A stretch of DNA of 64,000 nt from an uncultured Nitrososphaerales archaeon (GCA_963841565.1 CAWJCY010000002.1:39573-103572), one strand, 5' to 3'; positions 10,285 through 20,441 are shown, counted from the first letter of the stretch. The notes: a model not told the origin generated them from the sequence alone. Translations and numbers: made by a program.

Positions 10285-10422
10285 GGGGTCGTAGCGAAGC
10301 CAGGGATCGCAACGGGCTCCAGATCTTACATCCCAACCAACGTAATTGGGCAGAAACCCGTGGATCAAGGGTTCAATTACTGACACTTAATGGTGCAGGT
10401 AGAACATATCCCTTCGGCCCCA
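10285..10422 (+). tRNA. trnW: tRNA-Trp(CCA) with two introns (37/38: 10323-10355; 58/59: 10377-10407)
   Basis: Acceptor stem GGGGTCG/CGGCCCC-A; anticodon arm ACGGG-CT-CCA-G|A-CCCGT; T arm AAGGG-TTCAA|AT-CCCTT; BHB helix GTTC/GAAC with 3-nt bulges at the second intron. Confidence 0.9.
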
Positions 10423-10560
10423 TCCCTTCATATTATGAATATTTAGACTCAAGTATGTGGTAATCACGCTAAAACCGAAATGCTCCCCAGGTTACGGCAT
10501 GAGTAGATTGTTGGTTTTCATACTAAAGGTGTATGCCTGTTGTAACGTTATTGAATCAAC

Positions 10561-10848
10561 CTATGTGATTTTTCTCGTATTGCGCCACATTCCTAGCCTT
10601 AGCAATAATATTCCTGCAGCTATTCCTGCCAAAGACACAATTAAGGTAATAGGTTGGACAATACCTCTAAGGGGTTCAGGAGCATCAGAAATGAATTCAC
10701 ACTTGTCAGTGCTATCTTCACAGTATTTTGAGACTGGGAAAGCCAAAAGTACAATAATCAACGTCACCAGGATGGCAACTCCTATCAGAGAGGAAATTGC
10801 CCCACCCTTGATCAAGACATCTTCAAACCGATCCAATCTTTTACTCAC
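10561..10848 (-). CDS. Small membrane protein with two TM helices
   Basis: Two hydrophobic segments flanking a loop with a Cys pair. Confidence 0.7.
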   Translation of the reverse strand: MSKRLDRFEDVLIKGGAISSLIGVAILVTLIIVLLAFPVSKYCEDSTDKCEFISDAPEPLRGIVQPITLIVSLAGIAAGILLLRLGMWRNTRKIT

Positions 10849-10871
10849 TCATTATTCAAAATAAATTTGAA

Positions 10872-11477
10872 TCATAGATGGCGAAGTCGCTTGACGTCCA
10901 TTACCTTGAAATAATATGTTGAGTCGACTGAAACTTGCACAAACTTATCATTATGGTACAAAAAGGGAATTGAGCCCCTCACATGGCCTTCCCATAGATC
11001 ATGCACCAATGAAAAATACTCTTTTCTATGTCTTCCTAGGAGTCTCAAACACTCATGAGTAAGAAGGTGAGATATTTTTGTACAGTTGTTTTCCGCAAAG
11101 AATCTGGATCTATCATAACCAACTACATTATCTTCTGGTCTCTTCCAATAAACCATCGAAAAATTTTCGGCTGAATAACCCTCAATCTTACAATCAGTCC
11201 AGATCGGTTTAAAATAGGCCAAATAGAAATGATAAGTTGATGAACCTCGTTCTTTGTGATCTCTTGTCAGGTAGCCAATTGACATTCGATCGAACAAATG
11301 GCCTGGAATCACAGGCAATATATCAGCATCTAATGTGAAACTAATATTGAAATTCCTTTTCATCCACCAATTGAAAAAACGTACCATGGATAGAACATAA
11401 TTCCAATCTTGACTTTCTCTGTCCTTCCATTCTGACTCTTTGGCAACATAGATGAAAAATAATTTTCCTCTATTCAT
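10872..11477 (-). CDS. Hypothetical protein (possible zincin-like fold)
   Basis: 202 codons from ATG 11477; SHLLTHE motif. Confidence 0.7.
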   Translation of the reverse strand: MNRGKLFFIYVAKESEWKDRESQDWNYVLSMVRFFNWWMKRNFNISFTLDADILPVIPGHLFDRMSIGYLTRDHKERGSSTYHFYLAYFKPIWTDCKIEGYSAENFSMVYWKRPEDNVVGYDRSRFFAENNCTKISHLLTHECLRLLGRHRKEYFSLVHDLWEGHVRGSIPFLYHNDKFVQVSVDSTYYFKVMDVKRLRHL

Positions 11478-11569
11478 AAAGGATTCCAGACACAACTCTA
11501 GATATAGACATTTTTCTGCCCGTGCAGTCCAATAATTGATGCTTTGTGTTACCTCCGATTCAGTTATGG

Positions 11570-11768
11570 TATCTAACAAAAGAGCCGCCCAGAGGCCCTC
11601 CTATGCAAACAAAAATGATGCGATAAAGCAATATTGACTTATTTGTTATAGGGCGCTAGCGTGGCGGTAAATGGAGGCAAGGGGGGAAGATGTCATGTTA
11701 TTTCGTGTCTCTACTTCCGTCAGTGTAACGGACCCAATAGTATTGGCTGGTTCCTAGGCTGTTAGATA
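11570..11768. ncRNA. Candidate structured RNA or non-autonomous element, family unassigned
   Basis: Complementary ends TATCTAACA/TGTTAGATA plus AGCC/GGCT enclose several hairpins; more GC-rich than other intergenic DNA. Confidence 0.4.
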
Positions 11769-11880
11769 GATAAAAATATCTTCAAATCAGAAGACGGACT
11801 CACAATCTGAGCAATTAAAAGTAAAGATATGCAACGAAGTGCATCCCCCTTATATCGCTGATAAGGTATATTTTATCCGG

Positions 11881-13359
11881 ATGATAGACGATATTCTTTG
11901 GCGGAAATTGGCAAACAAGGCATACACTGATCAATGGACACGTCTCATAAACTCAGTTGATGCTAGTCATTTTCAGGTCCATCCGTCAATGGTCTTTGTC
12001 CCTGATGACGTGACAGATGTAATCAACATTTGTCAATATGCATATAGAAAAGAAATTCCATTAACTCCTAGAGGAGGTGGGACGGGTCTGCTTGGACAAG
12101 CGCTAACGCAGGGGATAGTAGTTGACATTAGCAAACAGTTGAACAGGATTATCGAAATCGAAGAAAGTTATGTGGTGGTTGAACCCGGAGTCGTAAAGAC
12201 AGTACTGGACATAGAGCTCAAGAAAAAGGGAAAGTTCTTCCCTCCCGATCCATCGAGCAGTAATTTTTGCACAATTGGGGGCATGATTGCCAACAATTCA
12301 AGTGGGGCTCACACATTAAGATATGGTAGTACTATTGATTACGTTGAAGAATTGGATGTTGTATACTCTGATGGATCCATGAGTACAATCGGTTCTTCAA
12401 TACAGCCTGATCATCGTTGTGCGTCGCTACTGCCAATAGTCTTGACAAAGCTGGGCCTAATCGGAGCATCTTACCCAGATACCTCAAAAAATTCCTCTGG
12501 ATTTAGGTTGGATGCTTTGGTCCGAAATGGATCATATTTTCCTCAAAGGGTTTTTGCAGGTGCAGAGGGTACGCTTGGTATAATAACCAAAGCCAAACTG
12601 AGGACAGTAGACATCCCACAGTTTGAGATTCTCCTTGTGTGTGAATTTTTAGATTTGAAAGGCTTACTGCAATCTATCTCGAAAATACTATCCTTTCATC
12701 CTTCGGCTGTCGAGCTCTTAAGTTTCGGAAGCCTTCGCTCAGAGATGGTTCAGGATAGCGAGAGAGGCCTAACGGAATTCCCCACAATCTATGTGGAGTT
12801 CTGTGGAGAATCCATAACAAAACTAGATCGACAGGTTGATCGATGTAGATCCTCCCTTCAACAGAGATGCATTTCTATAGAAACCTTGTCTGACGCGACT
12901 AGCTTTAATGCCGCATGGAAAGACAGAAGAAACTCATTAAATCATATACTGCGAATCAGTGACGGTAACAAGAAAGCTGTAGGAATTATTGAGGATACTA
13001 TTGTTAATCCGTCCCTATTAGAAGAATACATTCCATTCATTCAGAGAATTTATGATAAGTATATGTTAGACTATGTGATGTACGGTCATATTGGTAATGG
13101 GAATATTCACACAAGACCGCTAATAAATGCACAGTCTGCTCAAGGTGAACAAGTCATTGAGCATCTTGCCGGTGAAGTTTTTTTGAAAGTGAAGGAGCTC
13201 AGAGGAAGCATAAGTGCGGAGCATGGGGACGGGTTGGCGCGTTCTAGATACATTAAGGAAATGTTCGGTGTTGATACTCACCGGCTTTTCGTCCAAGTAA
13301 AGAAGGTTTTCGATAACAAAAACATTATGAATCCAGGAAAAAAAGTGTTGCCCGCCTAA
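11881..13359 (+). CDS. FAD-binding oxidoreductase, GlcD/D-lactate dehydrogenase family
   Basis: PRGGGTGLLGQ, PPDPSS, TIGGMIANNSSG, GAEGTLG, GHIGNGNIH, SAEHGDG, NPGK. Confidence 0.9.
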   Translation: MIDDILWRKLANKAYTDQWTRLINSVDASHFQVHPSMVFVPDDVTDVINICQYAYRKEIPLTPRGGGTGLLGQALTQGIVVDISKQLNRIIEIEESYVVVEPGVVKTVLDIELKKKGKFFPPDPSSSNFCTIGGMIANNSSGAHTLRYGSTIDYVEELDVVYSDGSMSTIGSSIQPDHRCASLLPIVLTKLGLIGASYPDTSKNSSGFRLDALVRNGSYFPQRVFAGAEGTLGIITKAKLRTVDIPQFEILLVCEFLDLKGLLQSISKILSFHPSAVELLSFGSLRSEMVQDSERGLTEFPTIYVEFCGESITKLDRQVDRCRSSLQQRCISIETLSDATSFNAAWKDRRNSLNHILRISDGNKKAVGIIEDTIVNPSLLEEYIPFIQRIYDKYMLDYVMYGHIGNGNIHTRPLINAQSAQGEQVIEHLAGEVFLKVKELRGSISAEHGDGLARSRYIKEMFGVDTHRLFVQVKKVFDNKNIMNPGKKVLPA

Positions 13360-13424
13360 TAATGGAATTTGAGCAAATTTTCAAGAGGATTTTATTATCC
13401 TTCCTAAAGTTAGATTGCGTGATA

Positions 13425-14054
13425 TCACCTTGGAAGAAATTCAATCTTCAAGTCAGATGAAAACCTAGTAGCAGTGTATCTCCAAGGTCTATCTATGGCT
13501 TTTGATACCCCTATCCTTGTGCTTGCTATAAAGTCGGCGATATCCAGCCCATGATGGATAGTGATAAGGGAGGTCTCTTTAGTAACGTCCAAGCCATTGT
13601 CAGCCAGCGTTATTGACATAGCCTCTGTAATTCGACCAGGACCCGTTGTCAAATTTTTAGAATACTTTCTATTCTTGCTCATCATATCTTGTCCCGCCAA
13701 GGGCAGAATGGATCGTATTAGTACTGCACCAGCTTCGGTATCGTTCTTTCTTGCGGTGACGTTAGCACAAAAGTGCCTACCATAAACAAAATATACATAT
13801 AAACAGCCCACATCCCCGAACATGACAGAGTTCCTTGGCCTAAGACCACTGAACGCATGACTAGCAGGGTCATCACTGTAACCATAAGCTTCAGTTTCTG
13901 TGATGTAACCAGCTAACCTTAAGATACGACCAGGTAATGCCAATTTCCGTACAAGGATCTTCCCCAAAAGTGATTTTGCTACCTCAGTGGTATCCTTCTC
14001 GTAGAAAGTACGTTCTAAGCAAGCTATTACATGATTGAGAAATTCGATCGTCAT
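13425..14054 (-). CDS. mpg: DNA-3-methyladenine glycosylase (AAG/Mpg family)
   Basis: LLGKILV, ITETEAY, DPASH, YVYFVYG.H, AVLIR, GPG, RIGVS. Confidence 0.93.
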   Translation of the reverse strand: MTIEFLNHVIACLERTFYEKDTTEVAKSLLGKILVRKLALPGRILRLAGYITETEAYGYSDDPASHAFSGLRPRNSVMFGDVGCLYVYFVYGRHFCANVTARKNDTEAGAVLIRSILPLAGQDMMSKNRKYSKNLTTGPGRITEAMSITLADNGLDVTKETSLITIHHGLDIADFIASTRIGVSKAIDRPWRYTATRFSSDLKIEFLPR

Positions 14055-14108
14055 AAGTGCATGGTTACTTCCTGTTTCGAAAGAACAAGCTTAAAAAATC
14101 TTCGAAGA

Positions 14109-15008
14109 CTAAAGCTGTGTTAATGTTCGGTAGAGGTGAAATCTTTTGCTAATTTCTTCGTTGTCGATGTTAAGAAGTCTGGTTAGACCAAAATCTTCTA
14201 CTGCAAATGAACCCATGACGTTACCGTAAACCACTGCTGATCTAAATTCTTTTACGCCGTTAGTCTCAATTGAGGCCAAGTGCCCCATAAATCCTCCAGC
14301 AAAGGAATCACCGGCTCCAGTAGGATCGACGATCTCTTCCAGGGGATAAGCAGGAGCAACAAATAGCATGTCTGATCGCACCAAAACCGAGCCGTGTTCC
14401 CCCTTTTTGACGATAACAAATTCTGGACCCCATGACAGTATCTCTTTAGCGCATTTAATTAGGTTTGACATGCCACAAAGCATTCTGGCTTCTTGATCGT
14501 TAATAATAACACCATGTACCATTCCGAACATTTTCTTCACTGCATCGGGCTTTGTTTGAATCCAAAATTCTATGGTATCACAAACTACCAACTTTGGATT
14601 TGTGAATTGTTTGAGCATCTTGATGTTCTGGATAGGATCGTTGTTCGCCAAATAGACATACTGTGAAGTCTTAAGTAGATCTGGAACCGACGGTTCGTAT
14701 TCTGCGATTACGTTTAGCTCCGTCTTGTTAGTAGTCCTGTGTGAAAGATCGTAATTAAATGAAGAATCGTATCTAAATGTTCTTTTACCAGATTTCGTCT
14801 CCAATCCTGATGTTCCAACTTTTGATCTCAAGATCTCCAGGTATTTTTCTGGAAAATCAGATCCGATTACCCCCAGAATTTCTGTTTCGACAAACTTGCT
14901 AGAGGCAAGAGTTGCATAAGTAGCAGCGCCTCCCATTATTTCCACTTCCGTTCTAAATGGAGTTCTAGTGGTGTCCAATGCAAGACTTCCAAAAACTGTT
15001 AAGCGCAT
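14109..15008 (-). CDS. PfkB-family carbohydrate/nucleoside kinase
   Basis: GGAATY, INDQEA, KKGEHG, DPTGAGDSF. Confidence 0.9.
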   Translation of the reverse strand: MRLTVFGSLALDTTRTPFRTEVEIMGGAATYATLASSKFVETEILGVIGSDFPEKYLEILRSKVGTSGLETKSGKRTFRYDSSFNYDLSHRTTNKTELNVIAEYEPSVPDLLKTSQYVYLANNDPIQNIKMLKQFTNPKLVVCDTIEFWIQTKPDAVKKMFGMVHGVIINDQEARMLCGMSNLIKCAKEILSWGPEFVIVKKGEHGSVLVRSDMLFVAPAYPLEEIVDPTGAGDSFAGGFMGHLASIETNGVKEFRSAVVYGNVMGSFAVEDFGLTRLLNIDNEEISKRFHLYRTLTQL

Positions 15009-15103
15009 CCGTGGAACTCTCTTAGTTAAAAGTACATTAATTTGTTTTTGTTACTGTTAGGTCATCAGGAATAAATAGGAATTGGCTTTTACTAAGGTGG
15101 AAT

Positions 15104-15676
15104 ATGAAATTCATAGTAGGGATCACCGGAGGCTCTGGAGTTATTTATGGGATAAAATTTCTAGAGGCACTTTTTGAGTTGAATATTGAAAGTCATTTGA
15201 TTATCAGTGAATGGGGCGAAAAAACCATTAGGATTGAAACGAATTTCACCACTAAGTACGTTAAATCACTTGCATCTGTAAATTACGATCCTCTTAATAT
15301 GGCATCGGAAATATCCAGCGGGTCGTTTATCTCAGATGGCATGGTGATAATACCTTGTAGCATGAAAACGTTGTCAAGCATAGCGAATGGCTATGATGAC
15401 AATCTAATTTCACGTGCTGCAGACGTTTGTTTGAAAGAGTCACGGAGATTGGTGATAGTTCCGCGCGAAACGCCACTATCCAGAATTCATCTTTTAAACA
15501 TGCTTCGACTGAATAAGGCGGGTGCCGTATTGCTACCTGCCATGCCCGGTTTCTACCATAAACCTGAATCTGTCGACGATCTAGTGAACCACATCGTAGG
15601 AAAGGTCCTAGATCAATTCCGTATTCCAAATACCGTCTTCAGGCGATGGGCACAAAGCCTTGATAGAACGAAATAG
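15104..15676 (+). CDS. ubiX: Flavin prenyltransferase
   Basis: GITGGSG, PCSMKTL, RAADVCLKE, RETP, PGFYHKP. Confidence 0.95.
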   Translation: MKFIVGITGGSGVIYGIKFLEALFELNIESHLIISEWGEKTIRIETNFTTKYVKSLASVNYDPLNMASEISSGSFISDGMVIIPCSMKTLSSIANGYDDNLISRAADVCLKESRRLVIVPRETPLSRIHLLNMLRLNKAGAVLLPAMPGFYHKPESVDDLVNHIVGKVLDQFRIPNTVFRRWAQSLDRTK

Positions 15677-15745
15677 ATACCCACCGTTCCAATATTCAGA
15701 AGCAGGAGCTGAATAAGGGTTCGGCCTAAATGTTGAAGTCCTGAC

Positions 15746-16390
15746 CTAAATCTCAGCTGAATTTAGCTGTTCTCCCCACAGAGACAGTTTTTCTTGTTTT
15801 AATTTTCGTCTGTAGTTCTGCAACATTGTATAAACATTCTTGTGAGAACTTCCTTTCAATAATAGAATTATAGCCTCAACTGCTACCTTAATGGCCTCAA
15901 AAATTCCAATAAAACCAACGGTGTGTCCGTAGACTGAAACATCGGCCCCGCTTAGCTCTTCGATGGTACGTCTAGACTTTCCACCTTCACCGATGATTCT
16001 GCCCTTTAATCTGCGTATTGAACTCTGCGAGTTCCCTACATAGTCCCTCATATCAAGCAGCTGAAAAACAACGTCTTCATGGAGCAATTTGAAGGCCCTC
16101 TCTGGTGAAAAGCCTCTGGCAATCGCAGAGATTATCTCAAGCCCTTTGAAAGGATTTCCTTCACGTAGAGACCCGGAGTCGTATCCAACAATCACATTTC
16201 CGGTCTCACTCTCAATCTCAACGTTAACCCTACATTCCTGTTTTATTCTTTCTACGACTGCGCCTTTCTTTCCTATCAGGACCCCTATCCTTTCTCCGGG
16301 AACCTTGATTAACTGTTGGGAGACTTCTGGTCCATATTTAGACGTTCCCAAGTTATCTTCTAAGCTCAATCCTGGTATTTCCCTGTTCAT
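15746..16390 (-). CDS. KH-domain rRNA processing protein (Dim2/Pno1-like)
   Basis: IGVLIGKKG and GRIIGEGG KH motifs, AIARGFSPE. Confidence 0.9.
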   Translation of the reverse strand: MNREIPGLSLEDNLGTSKYGPEVSQQLIKVPGERIGVLIGKKGAVVERIKQECRVNVEIESETGNVIVGYDSGSLREGNPFKGLEIISAIARGFSPERAFKLLHEDVVFQLLDMRDYVGNSQSSIRRLKGRIIGEGGKSRRTIEELSGADVSVYGHTVGFIGIFEAIKVAVEAIILLLKGSSHKNVYTMLQNYRRKLKQEKLSLWGEQLNSAEI

Positions 16391-16466
16391 TCATTTGGAT
16401 AAGTTAGATATATTAAAGTAACAGCCTTGAAAATTCAAAAAATTCAAAAAAAGTCGAACAACAATT

Positions 16467-16811
16467 CTACCTGTGGTAGAACTTGAAAATCATTAAGAAT
16501 GGGATGCCGCAGATTCGTTTCACACTAACCTCTCGTGCTAGTCCCATAGAAATGGCCATCGCGACTATCCTCTCGCCAACAAGATTGGCAACAGAGCACT
16601 TGTTAAGAAGGTAAGCGGCTTTCTCCTTTTCAATTACTTCTTCCTGAAAATAATCTCGCGACAAGGAAATGACGATTTCTCCCTGAGTTAATGTTTTACC
16701 AACCAGATCTGCATCGCAGACGCTTATCATTAGGGAGTCACTATATTTTGTCGTTCTGGCGGCATAAATTTGGCTATCTCCGCGCATTGAATTCATGTAT
16801 GAAAGTCCCAT
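16467..16811 (-). CDS. DUF424-family protein
   Basis: SVCDADLVGK, YF, ANLVGERIV, GIP. Confidence 0.85.
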   Translation of the reverse strand: MGLSYMNSMRGDSQIYAARTTKYSDSLMISVCDADLVGKTLTQGEIVISLSRDYFQEEVIEKEKAAYLLNKCSVANLVGERIVAMAISMGLAREVSVKRICGIPFLMIFKFYHR

Positions 16812-16980
16812 GTTAATAAATCAACTATGACATATTTGCATAAACCAGTCTGAAAATGAAGTGAAGATTTCAATGTCGTCGATTTTTCCGTTTCATGTTT
16901 AGATGTTATTTTCTCAGATCTCTTATTGATCAGATTAATTAGGAGGTTCAACCTTCTTGTAACTTGTACGTGCCCTCTAA

Positions 16981-18162
16981 ATGCCAGATGTAATCGGTAA
17001 GAGTAAAGGATATCGAAAGAGTTTGCTTTCATCCTCAGAGGAAATCATAAAGAGACCCGGATCACATAACAAGATTCTTGTCCTTTGTGTTGATAGAGAT
17101 GACGACATAGGCTCTAAGGGAGGTCTGCAGACGCCTATTGTTGGACGAAGTTCATGTATAAATGCAGGGATACGCTTGGCAATCGAAGACCCTGAAGATC
17201 CTGATGCAAATGCTATCTTTGGAGCAGTGAAAACGTATGAAGAGTTGATATCTAAGGGACATAATGCCGAGGTCGCACTGGTAGCTGGAAGATATGAGAG
17301 AGGGATAGAGGCTGATGAAAAGATCTATTCAGAAGTTCAACTAATTATTAATTCGTACCAAGCAGACGCGGTTGTTTTGGTATCTGACGGAGAAGATGAC
17401 GAAGCAGTAGTCCCTGTTTTGCAAACACTAGTGCCTATTATTTCACTGCAACGGATAATAATTAAGCATAGCAGGAGTGTGGAGTATTCATACGCGGTTC
17501 TAGGCAGATATATAAAAATGCTAGTGTATGATCCAAGATATTCCAAATTCTTTTTGGGTGTTCCCGGAGCGCTGTTGGTTGCGACGGGGGTCGCTACTGT
17601 TTTTGGGCTTACCAAGGAAGCAGTTGCCCTTGCCTTAAGCATTCTTGGCATTGCCTTCATCATGCGAGCCTTTGATTTAGATAAAGCAATCGGGTCGTTA
17701 GGCAGGCCTACACCTTCTGGTTTCATTAGAATATTTTCGGTTTTCTCAGGAATACTCATAATTCTGGTTGCAATAGTAAATGGATTTTCAAGCATTCCCT
17801 CTAATTTAATCGAACCTAATTCCGGCATCACTGCAATAATTACGAATAGGATGATAGTTGGGTCTTTTATCCAAGGCACAATTACGCTCCTGTGGATAGG
17901 TATTGCTACTATATTTGTTGGTTCGCTGCTCAGCAATTGGTTCAAAGGTAGTATCAGGACAATGTCAGATATTCTCAGATTGGTAGTCCTGGCGTTGCTT
18001 TATATACCAGTCCTTCAGTTCACTTCGATTCTTACCGGGAGAGCAAATCCCTTTAGTCTGATATCATCTATCCTGATTGGTTTGGCAGTTACACTTGTCG
18101 CGGCTACATTTTTGTTCCAGTACTTTAGAAATAGAAAGGGCGGAGAAGTCCTGAAACACTAG
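16981..18162 (+). CDS. DUF373-family membrane protein
   Basis: LVLCVDRDDDIG, DPEDPDAN, VSDGEDDE, HSRSVE followed by TM helices. Confidence 0.88.
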   Translation: MPDVIGKSKGYRKSLLSSSEEIIKRPGSHNKILVLCVDRDDDIGSKGGLQTPIVGRSSCINAGIRLAIEDPEDPDANAIFGAVKTYEELISKGHNAEVALVAGRYERGIEADEKIYSEVQLIINSYQADAVVLVSDGEDDEAVVPVLQTLVPIISLQRIIIKHSRSVEYSYAVLGRYIKMLVYDPRYSKFFLGVPGALLVATGVATVFGLTKEAVALALSILGIAFIMRAFDLDKAIGSLGRPTPSGFIRIFSVFSGILIILVAIVNGFSSIPSNLIEPNSGITAIITNRMIVGSFIQGTITLLWIGIATIFVGSLLSNWFKGSIRTMSDILRLVVLALLYIPVLQFTSILTGRANPFSLISSILIGLAVTLVAATFLFQYFRNRKGGEVLKH

Positions 18163-18234
18163 GCTCACTGATCCTAAATTAGGTCCAAACAATAAAATCG
18201 CAGTTGAGGCTTTCGCCTGTTTGGATAGGCTCCA

Positions 18235-19044
18235 ATGCAGACAATTGAGAACGGGAAGGCATTTGCTGAGACTCTTCTCCAACTGAGCGGGCTATACCAA
18301 TATTATGAGAGAAAACTTCAATCACACATTTTGCATAATCCGTTACCAAATCACGTCGCGATAATTCTGGATGGAAACAGGCGTTGGGCGAGACTAAATC
18401 TCTTAAATGTTGATAAAGGACATTTTGTGGGCGCAGACAAGGCCGAAGAGCTTCTCAACTGGATCCATGACATTGGTATTCGAATTACTACCCTCTATAT
18501 CCTCTCTACTGAAAACCTCAATAGAGATGATGAAGAAATAAACAATATTTATGACCTACTTTGTATAAAATTGCAAAGGCTCTACAACGATTCGCGTATT
18601 CATAAAAGAAGAATGAAGATAAAGGCCATTGGGAACGTAAAGCTAGTGCCCCCCAAGCTACAAAAGATACTATACGAGTTAGAAAAAGCAACCTGTGAAT
18701 ATGACACGATGTTTTTAAATATAGCCGTGGCCTACGGCGGTCAAAAGGAGCTTGTTGATGCGATTAGGCGAATAGCTGGAATGGCCGTCTCAGGTGAAAT
18801 TAGAGTGGGGGATATCAACGAAAAAACGATTGAATCTTGCCTCTATACTTCCCACTTACCGCAACCAGAGCCTGATCTCGTTCTACGGACCTCTGGAGAA
18901 AAGCGTCTCAGCGGCTTCCTGTTATGGCAGAGCGCATATAGCGAGATCGTATTCATGGATGTTTTCTGGCCTCAATTCAGGAAGATCGACTTTATGAGAG
19001 CAATTAGAATTTATCAGAACAGAGTAAGAAAATATGGTCTTTAG
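18235..19044 (+). CDS. uppS: cis-prenyltransferase (polyprenyl diphosphate synthase)
   Basis: HVAIILDGNRRWA, STENLNR, AYGG, RTSGEKRLSGFLLWQ. Confidence 0.95.
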   Translation: MQTIENGKAFAETLLQLSGLYQYYERKLQSHILHNPLPNHVAIILDGNRRWARLNLLNVDKGHFVGADKAEELLNWIHDIGIRITTLYILSTENLNRDDEEINNIYDLLCIKLQRLYNDSRIHKRRMKIKAIGNVKLVPPKLQKILYELEKATCEYDTMFLNIAVAYGGQKELVDAIRRIAGMAVSGEIRVGDINEKTIESCLYTSHLPQPEPDLVLRTSGEKRLSGFLLWQSAYSEIVFMDVFWPQFRKIDFMRAIRIYQNRVRKYGL

Positions 19045-19242
19045 AAAATTATGCTATTTGTATTGTCAGGTAACATTTGATTTTATGGATAAATGTTGCA
19101 TCGATTCCAAACTGCCAAATGAAATATATCGTAGGCGAAGAATGGATCTCCTTCGTCAGCGTAGCGGTTGGCGTAGTGAACAGAGTAACTTCTGCAGGCT
19201 GAGACTTGGACGATTGTTCGCTGGTCATGAACGTTCCAAAAA

Positions 19243-19671
19243 ATGATTAAGGAGCATTCAGCGGGAGCAGTTCTTTATCGATACTTGACAAATGTTGAAC
19301 GAAAGTTTTTGTTGCTGCACTATTCTTCAGGTCATTGGGACTTCCCGAAAGGTAATATAGAAACAGGGGAGACTGAAGTAGATACTGTCATTAGGGAAAT
19401 TTTCGAAGAGACTGGAATAACCGACTTGAAATTCGTAGAAGGATTTATCCAACCAATATTTTATAATTATAGACGAGATGGAAATTTGGTGCAAAAGAAG
19501 GTCAGCTTTTACCTTGCCCAAACGCTAACCAGAAATATCAAGCTCTCAAATGAACATCAGGATTTTCTCTGGGCGGATTATCCTTCAGCTTTATCGGCTC
19601 TAACTTACAGATCGGCTAGAGATATTCTCATCTTAGCAAACAAGTTTGTCAAGGGCAGGCAGGCATTATGA
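19243..19671 (+). CDS. Nudix hydrolase (asymmetrical Ap4A hydrolase-like)
   Basis: HWDFPKG...GE......REIFEETGI Nudix box, LSNEH. Confidence 0.9.
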   Translation: MIKEHSAGAVLYRYLTNVERKFLLLHYSSGHWDFPKGNIETGETEVDTVIREIFEETGITDLKFVEGFIQPIFYNYRRDGNLVQKKVSFYLAQTLTRNIKLSNEHQDFLWADYPSALSALTYRSARDILILANKFVKGRQAL

Positions 19672-19679
19672 ACATGGCA

Positions 19680-20441
19680 CTAACATTTTCTTAGACTATC
19701 CTGGAGGAAACCCAGGGTCTTCAATGGTTCTGCACTCTGAATTATGCTTCTCCCAACGATAAAATAATCTACCCCATACGTCGAGGCTTCCGATATGCTA
19801 CCCCCCTGACGACCTATTCCTGGAGAGAAAATCGGTGCTGGTTTTGCTGATGCAACTTCCCTTATTATGTTGTGCCTTGTAGCTCCTACAACCAATCCAT
19901 CCACCCTTGCTTCCTTGGCATACCTCAAAAGTATTTTATATAATGGCACTTTTCTATTTCCATTCTCTTCAGACTTATCATAGACTTGGATTCCGTACGT
20001 TTGGGAGGCGCCCGGATGGCTCATGTAGATTAGCGCTAAAATGCCTGCACCTAGTGAGTGGGCTTTTTTTGCTAATTCAATTATCTCCAATCTGCCGATA
20101 ATGGGATTCACTATTACTGCGTCAAAACCCTCTTCAATTAGGCATTTCAAGGCTATCTCATTGGTCGAAGGGATATCATTAAGTTTAATGTCCGCTATTA
20201 CTTGTATACCAAATGAATGGCACAACTGTATTATTTTAGTCATTTCATCTTGACCTAGAGGTACGATTACATGAAGGTTAAATTTGATGGCGCAAATGCC
20301 AGATTCTAGGAGATCGATAGTTTCAAACAAATATTTGGATAGGTCATTTTTTTGGATGGGATCGAGTGCCAAGATAATGTTACTTTGCTTTTTCTTGGAA
20401 GATTTCCAAATCCGAGAGGAGAAATCATCAACTGAACTCAA
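19680..20441 (-). CDS. pyrF: Orotidine-5'-phosphate decarboxylase
   Basis: ALD, DIKLNDIPST, VVGAT, PGIG.QGG, IVGRSI. Confidence 0.93.
   Translation of the reverse strand: MSSVDDFSSRIWKSSKKKQSNIILALDPIQKNDLSKYLFETIDLLESGICAIKFNLHVIVPLGQDEMTKIIQLCHSFGIQVIADIKLNDIPSTNEIALKCLIEEGFDAVIVNPIIGRLEIIELAKKAHSLGAGILALIYMSHPGASQTYGIQVYDKSEENGNRKVPLYKILLRYAKEARVDGLVVGATRHNIIREVASAKPAPIFSPGIGRQGGSISEASTYGVDYFIVGRSIIQSAEPLKTLGFLQDSLRKC

Noticed and set aside
10323-10355. C/D box guide RNA inside the tRNA-Trp intron, as in euryarchaea
   Set aside because: The intron is only 33 nt and has no RTGATGA/CTGA boxes
10404-10422. tRNA-Trp 3' end as the target of the att-like repeats
   Set aside because: ATCCCTTCGGCCCCA only loosely matches ACCCCCTTGGGCCCA and lies on the opposite strand; any true target is probably outside the window
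11570-11768. RNase P RNA, SRP RNA or a known riboswitch
   Set aside because: Could not find GAGGAAAGUCC/ACAGAA P4 motifs, the SRP helix 8 motif or B12/TPP consensus on either strand by eye; left unassigned
16793-17032. aIF-2beta or another conserved gene upstream of DUF424
   Set aside because: No recognisable motif; overlaps DUF373 on the opposite strand, likely spurious
17337-17945. 202 aa antisense ORF (and similar ones at 45641-46120 and 21438-21890)
   Set aside because: Shadow ORFs fully opposite well-supported genes, with no motifs
19034-19246. 70 aa ORF bridging uppS and the Nudix gene
   Set aside because: Overlaps both neighbours, but composition and motifs give no support; cannot be called
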